A DNA stretch of 64,000 bases from the human T2T-CHM13v2.0 reference genome, Homo sapiens (GCF_009914755.1 NC_060947.1); one strand, 5' to 3'. Shown: positions 44,952 through 60,292, counted from the stretch's first letter. Made by a program: numbers and translations. The notes: generated by a model not told the origin, from the letters alone.

Positions 44952-47469
44952 GCAACTCAGAAAAATCTGAGTATAGAAGGAACACATCTCAACACAATAA
45001 AAGCCATACATAACAGACTCACAGGTAGTATCTTTCTGAATGAAGAAAAGCTGAAAGTGTTTCCTTTAAGATCTGGAGCAAGACAGGGGTGCCCACTTTC
45101 ACCACTGTTATTAACATAGTACTGGAAGTTCTAGCTAAAGCAATCAGACAAGAGAAATAAAGGGCATCCAATATGGAAAGGAAGAATTTACATTATCCTT
45201 TTTTTGCAGATGTTACAATCTTATATTTGGAAAAACCTAAACACCCCACTAAAAATGATTAGAACTGATAAATGAATTCAGTAAAGTTGCAGGATACAAA
45301 ATCAACATACAAAAATCAATAGCAAAAATCATTAACAATGAACAATCTGAAAAAGATTAAAAAACATAATTTTATTTACAATAGCTACAAATAAAATCAC
45401 ATACCTAAGAATTAGTGTAACTAAAAAAGTTATAGATCTCTACAATGAAAACTATGAAACACTGATGAGAGAAATTGAAGAGGACACCAAAAGATGAAAA
45501 GATATTTTATGTTCATGGTTTGGAAGAATCAATATTGTTAACATGTCCATACAACCCAAAGCAATCTACAGATTTAATGCAATGCCTATCAAAATACCAA
45601 TAATATTATTCATAGAAATTGAAAAAACAATCATGACATTCATACAAAATCATAATAGACCCAGAATAGCCAAAGCTATCTTTTTCAAAAAGGACAAAAT
45701 TGGAGGAATCACATTGTCTGACTTCAAATTATACTACAAACCTATAGTAATGACAACAGTATGATGCTGAAATAAAAACAAATGCATAGATTAATGGAAC
45801 AGAATGGAGAATGGAGAACACACCCATTCATCTACAGTGAATACATTTTTGACAAAAGTGCCAAGAACATACAATAGGGAAAGGACAGTCACTCTAATAA
45901 ATCGTGCTGAAAAAAAATGGACATCCATATGCACAAGAATAATACTAGACCACTATCTCTCACCATATGCAAAAATTAAATCAAAATGGATTAAGCACTT
46001 AAAGCTAAGACTTCTAACTATGAAGCTACAAAATGAAAACATAGGGAAAACTCTCCAGAACACTGGACTGGACAAAGATTTCTTAAGTAAATACCCCACA
46101 AGCGTGGGCAACCAAAGCCAAAATGGACAAATGGGATGAAATAATGTTAAAATGCTTCTGCACAGCAAAAGAAATAATCAACAAAGTGAGAAAATAACTC
46201 ACAGAAAAGGAGAAAACATTTGCAAACTATCCATCTGGCAAGAAATTCATAACCAGCATATATAATAAGCTCAAACAACTCTATAGGAAAAAATTTAATA
46301 ATCAAATTTAAAAATGGGCAAAAGAATTGAATAGACATTTCTCAAAAGAAGATAAATAAATGGCAAAGAATTGTATGAAAAGGTGCTCAACATCATTGGT
46401 AATCAGAAAAATGCAAATCAAAACTACAGTGAGATATAATCTTACTTCAGTTAAAATAAATTTAATCCAAAAACAGACAATAACAAATGCTGACGAGGAT
46501 GTGGAGAAAAGGGATTCCACCTACACTGTTGGTGAGAATGTAAATTAGTACAACCACTATGGAGAACCGTTTGGAGAGTCCTGAAAAAACTAAGAATAGA
46601 GCTATCATACCATCCAGCAATCCCACTTGTAGGCATATATCCAATATCAAAGAGATATTTGCACACTCACATATACTGCAGGACTATTCACAATAGTCAA
46701 AATTTGGAAACAACCTACGTATTCATCAACATCTGAACGGATAATGAAAATATGGTACATATACACAATGAAGTACTATTGAGCCATAAAAAGTAATTAG
46801 GTCCTTCCATTTGCAACAAAATGAGTGGAACTGGAAGTCATTATGCTAAGTGAAATAAGCTAGGCATAAAAAGATAAACTTCACATATTCTCACTCATTT
46901 GTGGGAGTTGGATATTAAAGTAGTTGAACCCTAGGAGACAGAGTGTTGAAGGATCATTACCAGAGAATGCGGAGGAACTGGGGATGGTTAACGGGTTCAA
47001 AAAGTAGTTAGAAAGGATAAATAAGACCTAGTATTTGACAGCACAACTGGGTGAATGTAGGTTATAATAATTTATTGTTAATCTTAACATAACTAAAAGA
47101 GTGTAACTGGATTGTTTGTAACAAAAAGGATAAATGATTGAGGTAATAAATAGTTCATTTACCCTGATGTGATTATTACATATTGTATGCCTGTATCAAT
47201 ATATCTTATGTACTCCATAAATATATAGATCTTCTACATACCCATGAAAAATTAAAATGAAAAAAAAAAACACTTAAAATGTATAATGAAGCACCATATC
47301 TGACAATCAACAAAATATGATCATTGATCCTTGGTCAATTATGGTATATGATGTTTACATTGTAACTTAAAATCCTTCATGGAAAGTTGTTACTTATATG
47401 CAATAGTAGGCCTAATGGAGAAATTTTTGAAATTTGGAAAATTATTCATTTTCTTGAGGAAATGTGGTT

Positions 47470-47795
47470 TGGTAGGATAAAACAGAGGCTTTGAAAAAGG
47501 AAGATTCACAAGTTTGCTCAACTGTGTACAACATAAATGTTTCTGGGTCAGTTTATTAAGCACATTTAGGGACTAATTTCACCTTTTAAAATTGGTTTAT
47601 AACTACCCAATTGCATACTTGGCACATAGTGGAGTTAGTAAATAATATATTTTGTCATTTTGTCTTACTATTTGTTTTGACAATTGTTGTGATTATTGCA
47701 ACTTAGTTTTCTGACACATTTGGCGCTGTTTTCTCACTTACAAAAGAAAGGTCATGAACTAGACAATTCTTACGGTTCTTACAGATCCAACATTC
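47470..47795 (+). mobile_element. Degenerate MIR fragments
   Basis: cttggcacatagtg..ttagtaaat; gaactagacaattct..ggttcttacag.tccaacattct. Confidence 0.4.
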
Positions 47796-47805
47796 TCACT
47801 GTAGA

Positions 47806-48026
47806 CAATAGGTCAGCAAATCTACTCTGTAAAGAGCCAGAGGGTAGATATCTTTGGCTCTGTGCGCAGATCATCTGTCTTAACTACTTAACTCTGCTAT
47901 TATGATGTGAAATCAGCCATTGATAATTTATGAACTAATGGACCTGGCTGTGTTCTAACAAAGCCACATTTACAAAAACAGTTTATAGGTCAAGTTGGCC
48001 TGTGGGCTGAAGTTTGCCTGCCTCTG
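47806..48026. mobile_element. MER58A (hAT-Charlie) MITE
   Basis: ggtcagcaaa..ctgtaaagagccag...aactacttaactctgc...ggctgtgttc...agtttgcc; degenerate TIRs. Confidence 0.85.
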
Positions 48027-48284
48027 TTCCAGGTATTCAAATAGTCAGTAAATTCAAATGCCTTTATTTGACAAAATAATTTTGTGTCATCATATTCAAC
48101 ATTAGCTGCTGAGGCCTTTGCAACAATGAGGCTGAAAGTAAGATAATATGACCAATAGAGAAGGCACTTACTCTCTATGTTGCCACTGAATTATCTTGAT
48201 TTTGTGGGGTAATAACAAGGAGAGATTATTGTTATACTATGTAACTCTGAAAACAGCACTGCTGCCTAGAACCATCACTGCTGG

Positions 48285-48344
48285 TGCTCTTATGATTAAG
48301 ATTTGCTCTTATGATTAAGATTTGCCCTTATGATTAAGATTTGC
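48285..48344. repeat. 19-bp tandem repeat x3 (tgctcttatgattaagatt)
   Basis: Three copies with one substitution. Confidence 0.95.
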
Positions 48345-50473
48345 GGTGATAAACATGCAGCTACTGCATGGTTGGAAAGCCAGAAAAATTAACAGACAGC
48401 ATTAAAAAACAAAATTAAACATGCTAAAACAAAAGTCATTTAGAATAATTACTGAGTCCACAGCAAATTATATATCTCTTTCCCATGTTATATTGTTTTG
48501 GAAAGTTATAGCATGTATTAGTATTTCATTCCCTTTCATCACAAAATACCATCCCATTTATAACTATGTCATATTCCTTTATTCATTAATCAGCTTTTGG
48601 ACATTTGAGTTGTATACTTTTTTATTATTTTGGAAGATGCTTCTATGAAGTATCATATCAGGTTTTTGTGTAAGCATAAATGTTCAACTCTCTGGAATGT
48701 ATAGCTAAGTATTGAAATTGCTGGATCATATACTAATTATATATTTAGCATTTAGAAAAATTAAAAAGTAGGTTTCCAAAGTAATTGTACAATTTTCCTA
48801 TCCCACCAGTTATGTAGAGGAGTTGCAGTTCATCCACATCCTTGTCAAAACTTGTTATTGTCTTTTATTATTATAGCCATCTTAGTGCATAACCAGTTTT
48901 GGTGCTTGTGAATTTTTCTAATAACTAATGATGTTGAACATCTTTTCATGTATTTACTGGCCATTTGCGTAGCTTTGAAGAAATGTTTATTCACATCCTT
49001 TGCCCATTTAAAAATGAGTAATTTCTTTTTTTATTATTGAGTTTTCAGTATTCTTTATATATTCCAGATACTAGTCTCTTATCAAATATATTGTCTACAA
49101 ATAATTTCTTACATTTTGTAGGTTGTCTTTTGTTATATCATCAACTAATAACTCTGTTGGTGAGGAAGGAATGCCCTAGAGTTATGGAGATGGCCAAACA
49201 TATGACTGACTCTTGATAGATGAAATCGAGGGCAGTTTGTTTCTCACATACAAGCACAGCCACAGGAGAAGACACTGCATAACACACAGGACCACACAAG
49301 GGTTACATCCAGGAACAGAGTGAACAACCAGGAACTTTGAGAAACAGATTTTTTAGTGTGAAGAGGGTGGGATGTCCCCTGTTCGCTGCAGGAGAATGTA
49401 ATTGGTTTCTTTGCATAATTCTGTAGGCTGGTAGGGCACTGAAATCCACTTATCAAGAATATACAGAAACTACTGCCGGTACTTTTCATAACGAGAATTG
49501 TTTTTTTCTGTTTTTGTGTGTGTGCATTTTTTTTTTCTGCTTTATCCATGGGAGCAGAAGGGGAGGTGAACATGTAGTTAGGCCATTTGAAACACTAATG
49601 ATGTTACCAGATATCAAGAAGGCATATAATATTGGACCTTTATTTTAGACCTTAACCCACAATTGACCTTTGATTCCTTGGTATCAATTTAAACTCAATA
49701 ATGGCTAAAACTTTTAGGGAGTAGGACAAGTGCATCCCTAGCGAATTTAGTGCATGAAATAGAGGAAGAAGGCCACATAATGAGGTAGTCATCAAAAAGA
49801 ATGAATTTTAGAGGTATCTCTCTTTATGTCCAATAAAAGAAATCGAGGGACTTGTGTGACATTGGTGTAGGGAGAGCATGTCTCCAGGGCATGTGATTTG
49901 AGATTAATTAATGCCTCTGGCAATAATGACATCCATTGGGGTTCTCTTGGCCATTTGTCAGTTAACTAGTATCTCTGAGGATTTCATTATACTTCTCAAT
50001 TAAACTTCTGCTTGAGACCTATAGGTGAAATGTAAAGTCCACTAAATACCTTCTTTGAGAACCCAGAATTGTATATTCTGAGAGTTAAAAGTGCCTTGAT
50101 CATGATCATTAATATCTGGAACTCAAAAAGATAAGTGTCCTGGTAAAGCCTTGTTTTACAGCCTTAGTAGTCTAGAGATATTCATAAACTTGATTAAAAT
50201 TTTCGGTATATGTGAGTCAGGAAACTATGAGTGCTTTACCCCAAAGGGGGAAGCTCTTAGTCAGTGGCCCAGAATTAGTAAAATTTGCAAAACAGGACAT
50301 TTGTTGGATAGGGCATCCAGTGCCAAGGTGACTACAAGAAGTTTGGCCATTTGCATTGATCCTTGGGTCTTGTCCTTTAACAGGGATGTTCTGGTTAAGA
50401 ATGGAAAGCAGTCACATTTCTCTGAGTTCCATCACCTATCATGGTGGTAATATCTGTAAAGTGTTATGAACTT

Positions 50474-50832
50474 TGAAAGAAACCAAAATATTTCACTCCA
50501 AAATATATTTTCTTTGACGTATTTCAAGATGGCTATTTAAAAAGGTTGGAATTTGCTGAAATGCTATCTTTTGTGGGAGAGATATGAATCTGTAGAAAAA
50601 AATCTCCATTGATGTAGTAAGGCTTTTTCTGAGGGCCTTCTCTTGTTTCTCATTCGTATCTAAGAAATATTAACTGAGAGCCTGAAACTTTTAAAGTTTC
50701 GAAAGAAACACTTACCAACTATTCTCTCTAAGGGCCACTACCTGTGATGTCTCATCTACATAACAGACTACTTCTTCTCTCTGTTTAGTATTTGTAATGC
50801 CACTATAACCTGTTTTGCCATGATTCAAGCCA

Positions 50833-50864
<32 letters not shown>

Positions 50865-51349
50865 GAGACAGAGTCTTGTTCTGTCACCCAGACTGGAGTG
50901 TAGTAGCATGGTCATAGCTCACAGCAGCCTTGACCTCCCGGGCTCAAGTAATCCTCTTACCTCAGCCTCCCAAGTAGCTTGGACGACAGGCACACACCAC
51001 CATGCTTGACTAATATATATTTTTTATTTTTTGTAGAGACACAGTCTCACTATGTTACCCAGGCTTGTCTCGAACTCCTGAGCTCAAGCGATCTTCTCAC
51101 CTCAGCATCCTCAAATGCTGACATTACAGGAGTGAGCCACCACATGTGGTCAAATCCTTTATTCTTTTTGTAAACCTCAAGATGCTTTTATAAGCTTATG
51201 AACACTATTGGGATTGGGAGTAATCACTCTGTGGTTCTCCCTGAGCATGTTAAAATTGCATGTCATTTATTCTATTAATCGGCCTTTTGTTTGTTGATTT
51301 TTCAGCAAAACTTCGGAGGGCAAAGGGGAAGTTTTCTTTGGCCCTTACA
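50474..51349 (+). mobile_element. Solo ERV1 LTR (MER34/MER39/LTR29 group)
   Basis: tgaaagaaaccaaaatatttcactccaaaatat...ggggaagttttctttggcccttaca; TG..CA ends; TSD ACTT at 50470-50473 and 51350-51353. Confidence 0.8.
50837..51150 (-). mobile_element. AluJ
   Basis: Poly-T, then gagacagagtct...catagctcacagcagccttgacctcccgggctcaag. Confidence 0.9.
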
Positions 51350-51748
51350 ACTTTTATTATTTTCATTCAGTTGATCCCAAGGGGCTCCATAGCCAGTGAA
51401 GGTTTCTGGTAGACAGGTTACCTCCTCCAGCACCATAGCATCTGGCCAGGGACTGAGGACAAGAGAGGTCACTACCTCCAATAGATGAAATGTGCCAGAG
51501 GACCCATGTTTGGCTTCATCTTGTGGCAAGTAGGACTTGGTGGCCATGCCAAATTTGTGAGGTCTCACTTTCATGATCCAAGGCATAACGGGCTTCTAGG
51601 TATGCAGGGTTAGAGGCTCAGGATCTGTGAGGGCCTATCTTCTCAGGGAACCCAGTATATGACCAGCAATTGCCACTGTAATGGTGCATAGTGCTGAGCC
51701 TAATGGGCAGTTTCTCACATCTAAAGCCCAGGACAAGTTACATCAAAA

Positions 51749-52473
51749 TGTAACTGCCCAATGGGTTCTCTTTGCCAGTTGCCTAGACAGAGCTGATTTA
51801 TCAAGACAAGGAAATTGCAATAGAGAAAGAGTAATTCACACAGAGATGACTGTATGGGAGACCAGAGTTTTATTATTACTCAAATCAGTCTCCACAAAAA
51901 CTCAGGGACTGGGGTTTTTAAGGACAATTTGATGGGTAGGGGGCCAGTGAGTCAGGAGTATTGATTGGTAGGGTTTGAGATGAATCACAGGGAGTTGAAG
52001 CTATCCTCTTGTGCTGAGTTAGTTCCTGGGTGGGGACCACAAGATCAGATGAGCCAGTCTATCGATCTGGGTGTTGCCAGCTAATCTATCAAGTGCAGGC
52101 TCTGCAAAATATCTCAAGCACTGATCTTAGGTTTTACAACAGCAATGCTATCCCCAGGAGCAATTTGGGGAGGGTCAGAATCTTGTAGACTCCAGCTGCA
52201 TGACTCCGAAACCATAATTTCTATACTTGAGGCTAATTTGATAGTTCTACAAAGGCAGTCTAGCTCCCAGGCAGGAAGTGGGTTTTTTTGGGAAAGGGCT
52301 GTTATCATCTTTGTTTCAAAGTTAAACTATAAACTACGTTCCTCCCCAAGTTAGTTTGGCCTACACTCGGGAATGAACAAGGACAGCTTGGAGGTTATAA
52401 GCAGGGTGGAGTCAGGTGAGATCTCTTTCACTGTAATAATTTTCTCAGTTATAATTTTGCAATGGCAGTTTCA
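51749..52473 (-). mobile_element. LTR8-type solo LTR
   Basis: tgtaactgcccaatgggttc...gatttatcaagaca...ataattttgcaatggcagtttca; flanks aaaa/taaa. Confidence 0.85.
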
Positions 52474-52539
52474 TAAAGAATCTCTAGGAGTGCCTGTTGA
52501 TTTCAATTTGGACATATTCTAGATTCTTTTGTTGGAGAG

Positions 52540-53285
52540 TCTTCCATTTAAAGTTTGTCAATTTTAAAGTCACATAGCAGTAATATTAAGCAAAATTTGT
52601 AAAGGAGGAATATGTTGCCTCCAGAATCCAAAAATGATCAAAAGATGCTGGACTTTTATAAATATTATGGGTGCTGAGAACATGAATAGCTCTTTCTTGA
52701 CAGTGTCAGGGATGAAGCAATCTTCAGTTCACCAAGTGATTTTTAGAAATTTAACAAAGGTGGCAGGGCTTTTCACTATATATGGAGCAATGACTTATTT
52801 TTTTTGGAAACTCCCTTGTACTTGTATTTCCTTAATCAGCATATCAAACAAACCTTCTCAGAGGAGAATGTAATCAATGTAATATGCTCATGCTCCTGAA
52901 AAAAAAAGACAGCAGAGTTAATATCTTGCCTACAAAAATTGTGTGTAATGGCAAGGCTACTGAAATACACCATAGGTAGCATGATACAGGTGTATTGTGT
53001 CCCTTCAAAGGGAAAAGTAAACTTCAGCAGAGAGGCATTGAAATAGAAATTGAACAGAACGTGTTAGCCAAATTTATAATAGGACAATATTTCCCTGTTG
53101 CTATTTGGAGGGAGTCAGTATTTTCAGTGATATTGGGCATAGGAGGCCTTAGTGGATGAGACCATAACATTAAAGTTGCAGTAATCTGCCATGAGAAACT
53201 ATTCATTTTTTCCAGGTTTAAGAGCTGGCCAAATAAGGTTGTTAAATGGAAAAGCTGTGGGGATAATTACCTTTTTACTAATCAG
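52540..53285 (-). pseudogene. Retroviral reverse transcriptase remnant
   Basis: Minus-strand peptides in RT order: TGKYCPIINLANTFCSISI, FEGTQYTCIMLPMVYFSSLAITHNFCRQD, YYIDYILL (decayed YIDD), FGFWRQHIP. Confidence 0.8.
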
Positions 53286-53290
53286 GTACT

Positions 53291-54073
53291 TGTGTTCGGA
53301 TAATAATTCTCTGACACCAGCTAGGTGTCCTGATATTCAATTCAATTTTGATAATGACTATCTGAAATTAGTGCAGACCCCAAATGTTAAGTCCCACAGA
53401 CTACCCTCACTTTAAATGTCAGTCCCAAGTTCTGGGTGCCACCTGCACTTTCAACTGACCAACTATAAATGTAGGGTTTCCCTTAAATTATGATAATTCG
53501 CTAGAATTACTTACAAAACTCTCAGGCAAGTGTTATATTATGGGTACTGTTGTATTATAAATTACATAAATAAACAGTCAGATGAAGAGATACATAAGGC
53601 AAGGGAGTGCAGTAGCACAACATTTCTGTCCCGGTGTTCTTGGGGTGTGCCATCCTCCCATTACATAAACATGTTTACCAGGCAAGAAGCTCTCCAAGTC
53701 TCATTGTACAGAGTTTTTTTTTTTTTTTTGTGGAAGTTTTACCATGTACGCATGCTTAATTACATCAGTGGCCAAGTTATTTAACTCAATCTTCAGCCCT
53801 TCTCCCTTCCTTGAAGGTAATAAAGTGGGGTTGAAAATTTTTTTCTGCCTAATCATGTGGTTGGTTTTTCTGGCAACCAACTCCCATCCTGAAGTTATCT
53901 AGGGACCCTGCCAAGAGTCACCTTCTTAGCATAAACTCTGGTATGGTCCCAAGGGGCTTTTTATAAATAACAAAGGACATTTCTATCACTCAGGAAATAT
54001 CAAACATTTTTTGAAACTCTGTGCCAAGAAGGGAGAACAAAAATCCAAATAGATTTACATTTAATATACTATA
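53291..54073 (-). mobile_element. MER21-type LTR
   Basis: aattctctgacaccagct.ggtgtcct..attcaattcaatt...ctatcactcaggaaat...ctctgtgccaagaa. Confidence 0.82.
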
Positions 54074-54287
54074 GTCTTATATAATACATTTCAATTGTTG
54101 AAATGTATTGTTTTAATTTATACTGGGCTATGTTGACTATTTTACCTTGAGGTTTATAGGGTACCATTTTGTCAATCTATTGTGTAAATGACAGAAACAA
54201 TTTAATTTTATGATAACTAAGGTGACTTATACCTGTTAATCTTCTATTGTATATTTAGTTAACCCCCACTAAGATTATAGTAGGTAC

Positions 54288-55073
54288 TGTTATATTAGAT
54301 AGCTAGTCAGACATGAACAGGGAAGGAGAGGCCCCCACCACTACCAGGAATGTCAGGCAACTATCAGGTGATGGTCAGGTAGTTGTTAAACTGTTTCTCT
54401 AAAATAATAATTGGTCTCAGCTGGCATCAGGGAACGGTAGTCTCCAAATGGATATAGGAAACCTAGGGGCTAGTGATCGGCAGATTCCTGATGGGACCTT
54501 GGGAGTTGGGTGAGTGGGTTCAAGCATATTCACTAAAAGGCAAAATGGCAGAATATAACTGGTATATGACCTCCTAGGGACATTCAACTGGTAAAGGAAG
54601 AATGTCTCAAGTGAGCATGTTTAAAACTCCAATAAATGCACTGCACATGCTCACCTCCCAAGTGCTGGTAGGCCACTGTGCATGTGGACAGCCCACCCCA
54701 AGGGAAGAACCAGGGGAGAAGGGACCCAAGACCCCAGAAATATACCAACATATAAAACCCCTAGTCAAAAGGTCAAACAGTGCCCTTGATCTCTCAAGTC
54801 GCCCATTGGCCCTCTTCCAAGCATACACATTTCTTTCATCCCTGCTCTAAAACTCTCTAATAAACTTCACTTCTGCTTTAAAATTTGCCTCAGTCTCTCC
54901 TTATGCCTTATGCCCCTCAGTCGAAATATTGCTTCTGAGGAGGCAAGAATTGAGTTTGTTGCAGACCTGTATGGATTCACCGCCACTAACATACTCTGGT
55001 GCTCCGTGACTCAGATACGTTCTGCTGCTAATATACTTTGGTGCCGTGTGACTCATACATTCTGCTGCTAACA
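54288..55073 (+). mobile_element. MER50-type solo LTR
   Basis: tcaggtgatggtcagg..gttgttaaactg..tctctaaaataataattgg; TG..CA ends; perfect TSD GTAC at 54284-54287 and 55074-55077. Confidence 0.85.
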
Positions 55074-55224
55074 GTACTATGTTTAAATTTAATGAGATTC
55101 CCAGGTATAACTGTAATTTGAAACCCAGTATTAAATTTAAAAGAGTTTTCCAGTTGGTACATTTTAACAGATGTTACAGTTAATTCACAACTTGTGTTTT
55201 AAAGGTGCAAAAGCCAGTCGGTCC

Positions 55225-56400
<1,176 letters not shown>

Positions 56401-59119
56401 ATAGCACCTGGGATTAAGTCCATTTTTAATTAACCCCTTTGTTGTGCCACAGGGCTGACATGGGTCTTTTCTCCTATAACACTAAGGCCAGAACTTTGTT
56501 GAAACAAAGCCATAAACAGAAAAATGGCACAGCAGGTTTTGAGCGTCACAACTTAGATGACAAACATCCTTTGCTATGGCCCTTCCTTTCCTCACATTTT
56601 ATTTTTATTTTTTCTCTGCATAAATTTCCTTATAATATTTTGGATTTCTAGCCATATAAAGTCATGGCTTTCAGTTTCTGTCTCCATCCAATTTTGCATG
56701 AGTGGTAACATTCTGCATAGTTACAGAGATAGTTTTGGAAGCATGTGGCCTGGCCTGCCTCTTGGGCAGCCACCTACTTTCTCCAGGGATTGCCAGTCAA
56801 TGTGCCTGAGATTTAATTCCACCTCTGGTAAGATCATTTTGCCTGTGGCATGGCCAGAGGCCATCAAGCCCCAGTATCACAAGATTACCCCTTTGATGTG
56901 CTTATAAGTAGCAATATTGAGTAAAACCCAGGTACCTTGGCTAGTTGTTTTGCTTTAGAATAGCTTGTTTTTTGATCCTTTCTCATCACCAGCCACCATG
57001 GATGTGTACCTCAATACACTTAGGGTTTAGGAGAATGTGTGCAACAACAGCAAGGCAAGCAGCAGCACAGAAAATATGTGAAGTTGTTACCCTCACCTGA
57101 AATAACAATGACTCTTGTTAAGCACCAGGGTGCCATGTTTAATTCTTCCCAAGGTGGTGATCTCCTTTGTTTTCACAATCCTCACCAAGGTCTATGCCTG
57201 GGTCTATCCCAAGGGTACACAATCACAAAAATGTCTATGTGGCTCTCTCCACCAGCCAATGACAGTCACCAGGCTAGACACATTTGACCAGAGAGCTCTA
57301 GGCTGATTCTTGGAAAGTATGACTCAATAGCCAACCAGTTAGGCTGCTGTGTCTTTGCCACCTTTATAGGTGGTAGACTTGAAGACCACCAGAGGCCAAA
57401 CTCATCTGCACATTATGCTGTCATCAATTAATAACAATTCTTGCCTTTTGTATGAGAGTATTTTAGGGTAGGAAGAGATAGAGACAACAAAGTACCTTAA
57501 AAGCCAACATTCAAAACCAAGATAATCAGAAATTGGCAGTTCTGTCAAAGGCAGCCTTTTCCTACCATGGAACCAGTTAGTTAACGAACAACAGTTAATT
57601 AGAACTGACCAGGTGACCACAGCAATGGTTGGATAATTCTGTTCATGATAGCAATTGTTATAATCACTTTCTACTTAGCTTATTGATGAGAATGGATTCT
57701 TACCTGAGAATTACGGGGGTGGCCAAACACACAACACCTCTCACTGGACAGTTAAGTTTATTAGTCACACAGACACACAGCGCAGGGTATGAGGGCACTG
57801 CCTAGCGTACATGGCCACCCAGAGATTACAGTAGGGAATGGAGTGGACAAGCATTGGCTTTGTGAGATAGCCTTTTTAGTAACAGAAGTGTGGGATAACT
57901 CCTGCTTCCTGAAGGAAGATGTGATTGGCTAGTTTGAATAATTCTACAGGCTGGCAGTGAACTGAAACTTGCTACTCATGAAAAAGCAAGAATTGCATCT
58001 GGTCCACTTATAGAGGACGATTTGTTTGTCTGGGATACCTTATCCTTGTGAATAGAATAGGGAGGGGAACTTGGAGTTAAGTCATTCAATGTCTGTCTTA
58101 TTTCCCCATATGTAAAAGCAGCAAATACTATTGTGACTAAGTTTCAGACCTTACATGACATCTTTTTGTGTTCTTGTTGGTTTCATTTGAAGAATGCTAG
58201 TTTTTAATTTTTATGTAGTTGAATTTGTTTACTTTTGTCTTTTGTCACTTGTGTCACATCTATAAAATTATTATCTAACCCAAGGTCTTAGATTTACTTC
58301 TATTTTTTTCTTCTATGAGTTTTATGGTGTTAGCTCTTCTATTTATTTTTTTGATACATATTTACTTAATTTTTGTATATGTATGAGGCAGGGGTTTAAA
58401 TTTATTATTTTGTATGATGATATCTAGTTGCCCCAGGATTATTTGTGGAAAATATCTTTTCCCCCATTCAAGTGTCTTGGTACTCATTTTGAATCAACTC
58501 ATTATTCCACTGTTACTTTCCTTATGATAGCACCACAAAGTCTTGATTACTGTAGATTTATAGGAGGTTTTGAAATGAGGAAGTGAGTACTCCAAATTCG
58601 TTTTTTGTTTTTAAACAGTTTTAGCTATTCTTGGTTTCTCATATCTGCATGCAAATTTTAATATCAGTTTGTCAATTTCTGAAAAGAAAGGAAAAAAGGC
58701 AGCTGGGATTTTTACATGGATTTTTACACAATCCCTGTAAAATTAATGTGAGTATTGTATGTCATTGAATCTGTATATTAATATGGACATTAATGCCATC
58801 TTAACATTATTAACACTTCTAATCGATGAATATGAGATGTTTCTCTATTTAGGTCTTCTTTAATTTCTTTCAGTGGTGATTTGTATTAATTTGTGTATAA
58901 GTCTCGCATCTATCTTGTTAAATTTATTCTAGTCTTCACTGCTATAATACAGTATATAATAATGCAATTGGTTTTTGTATATCGATATGTCCTTCAAATT
59001 TGTTGGACTCATTGACTAGCTCTAATGGTGGATGCTTTGAATTGTTTTATATAACATGATATTATGAGCAAATTCTAGTCTTATTTCCTAAATTGACAGG
59101 GGTTTTTAATTCATTTTTT

Positions 59120-59434
59120 CCTTTTCTTCTTCTTCTTCTTCTTTTTTTTTTTTTTCTTTTGAGACAGAGTCTTGCTTATAATCCAGGCTGGAGTGCAGTG
59201 AGTGGCAGGATCACAGCTTCACTGCAGGCTCAAGCAGTCCTCCCACCTCAGTCTCCTAAGTAGCTAGGACTACAGGCATGTGCCCCCACACTTGGCTAAT
59301 TTTTTAAAATCTTTTGTAGAGACAGGGTCTCACTATATTACCCAGGCTGGTCTCGAACTCCTGAACTTAAGCCATTCTCCCAGCCTGGCCTCCCAAAGTG
59401 TTGAGATTACAAGCAGGAGCCACCGTGCCAGGAC
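59120..59434 (-). mobile_element. AluJ with (CTT)n/T tail
   Basis: gagacagagtcttgc...gctcaagcagtcctcccacctcag...tagagacagggtctcactat. Confidence 0.88.
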
Positions 59435-60034
59435 TAAAATTTTTTTTTTTGACTAATTTTTATGGCAAGAATGTCCAGTACAATGTCAAATAGAAGTGAT
59501 GATAGAAGACCTCTTTGTGTTATCCCTAATTTAAAAGAGAAGCTTCCAATATTTTCTCATTTAATATGGTATTAGTTGTAGATGTTCTTCATCAAGTTGA
59601 TGAATGTCTGTTCTATTCCTAGTGGCAATGGATAAGATCTATATATAAGTTCTATTAGAATAATAATGTTCTAGACAAAACTAGGAATAAATCATTTATA
59701 ATTAAAAGTATAATTTATCATAAAATATTTTTGAAAATATAAGATGTAACCAGAGCAAATATTTTAAAATAGGAAATGTTCCTGTCCACTTTATAACATC
59801 CAATATCAGGGGGTTGGTTAATTAACTTTTCCTTCTATAGTGAAATATCAGGTATCTGAGGCCTAAAAATTCTTAAGATGAAATAATGCCAATTATTCTA
59901 CAATTAGATAAGGGGTTTAAAAAGTGGAGAACCTGCCTGCGGTGTCATATGGGAACTTGTTTCAGGAACTTACTCCTTCAAATCTAAACTGCCAATGACA
60001 GTGTTTGTCAACATTCTCTAGACTTGGTATTAGA

Positions 60035-60292
60035 ATAGAATAAGACAAATTATGCTGCTGTAATCATTTTGACCATAAAATTTCAGTGGCATAGTCCAAC
60101 AAAATTTATTTATTAGTTACACGACGTCAGATGGTGTTTAGTGTTATCCAATTATCATCCAGTAACTCAGGGATTCAATGTCATGAAGAGAGTTTTCCCA
60201 GTTCAGTTTAAGTGTGATTTTGACACATGGCCACAAACACACATATGAAAATAAGGAGAAGCACAGAAATAGTGAGCACTGAATGTCTGCTA
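60035..60292 (-). mobile_element. Old MLT1 fragments
   Basis: ttatgctgctgtaa...aaatttcagtggc...acaaaatttattt; cacatggccac...gtgagcact. Confidence 0.45.

Noticed and set aside
48285-48344. CRISPR-like or DUX4 site array
   Set aside because: No spacers, eukaryotic context, and AATCTTAATCA does not fit the DUX4 consensus
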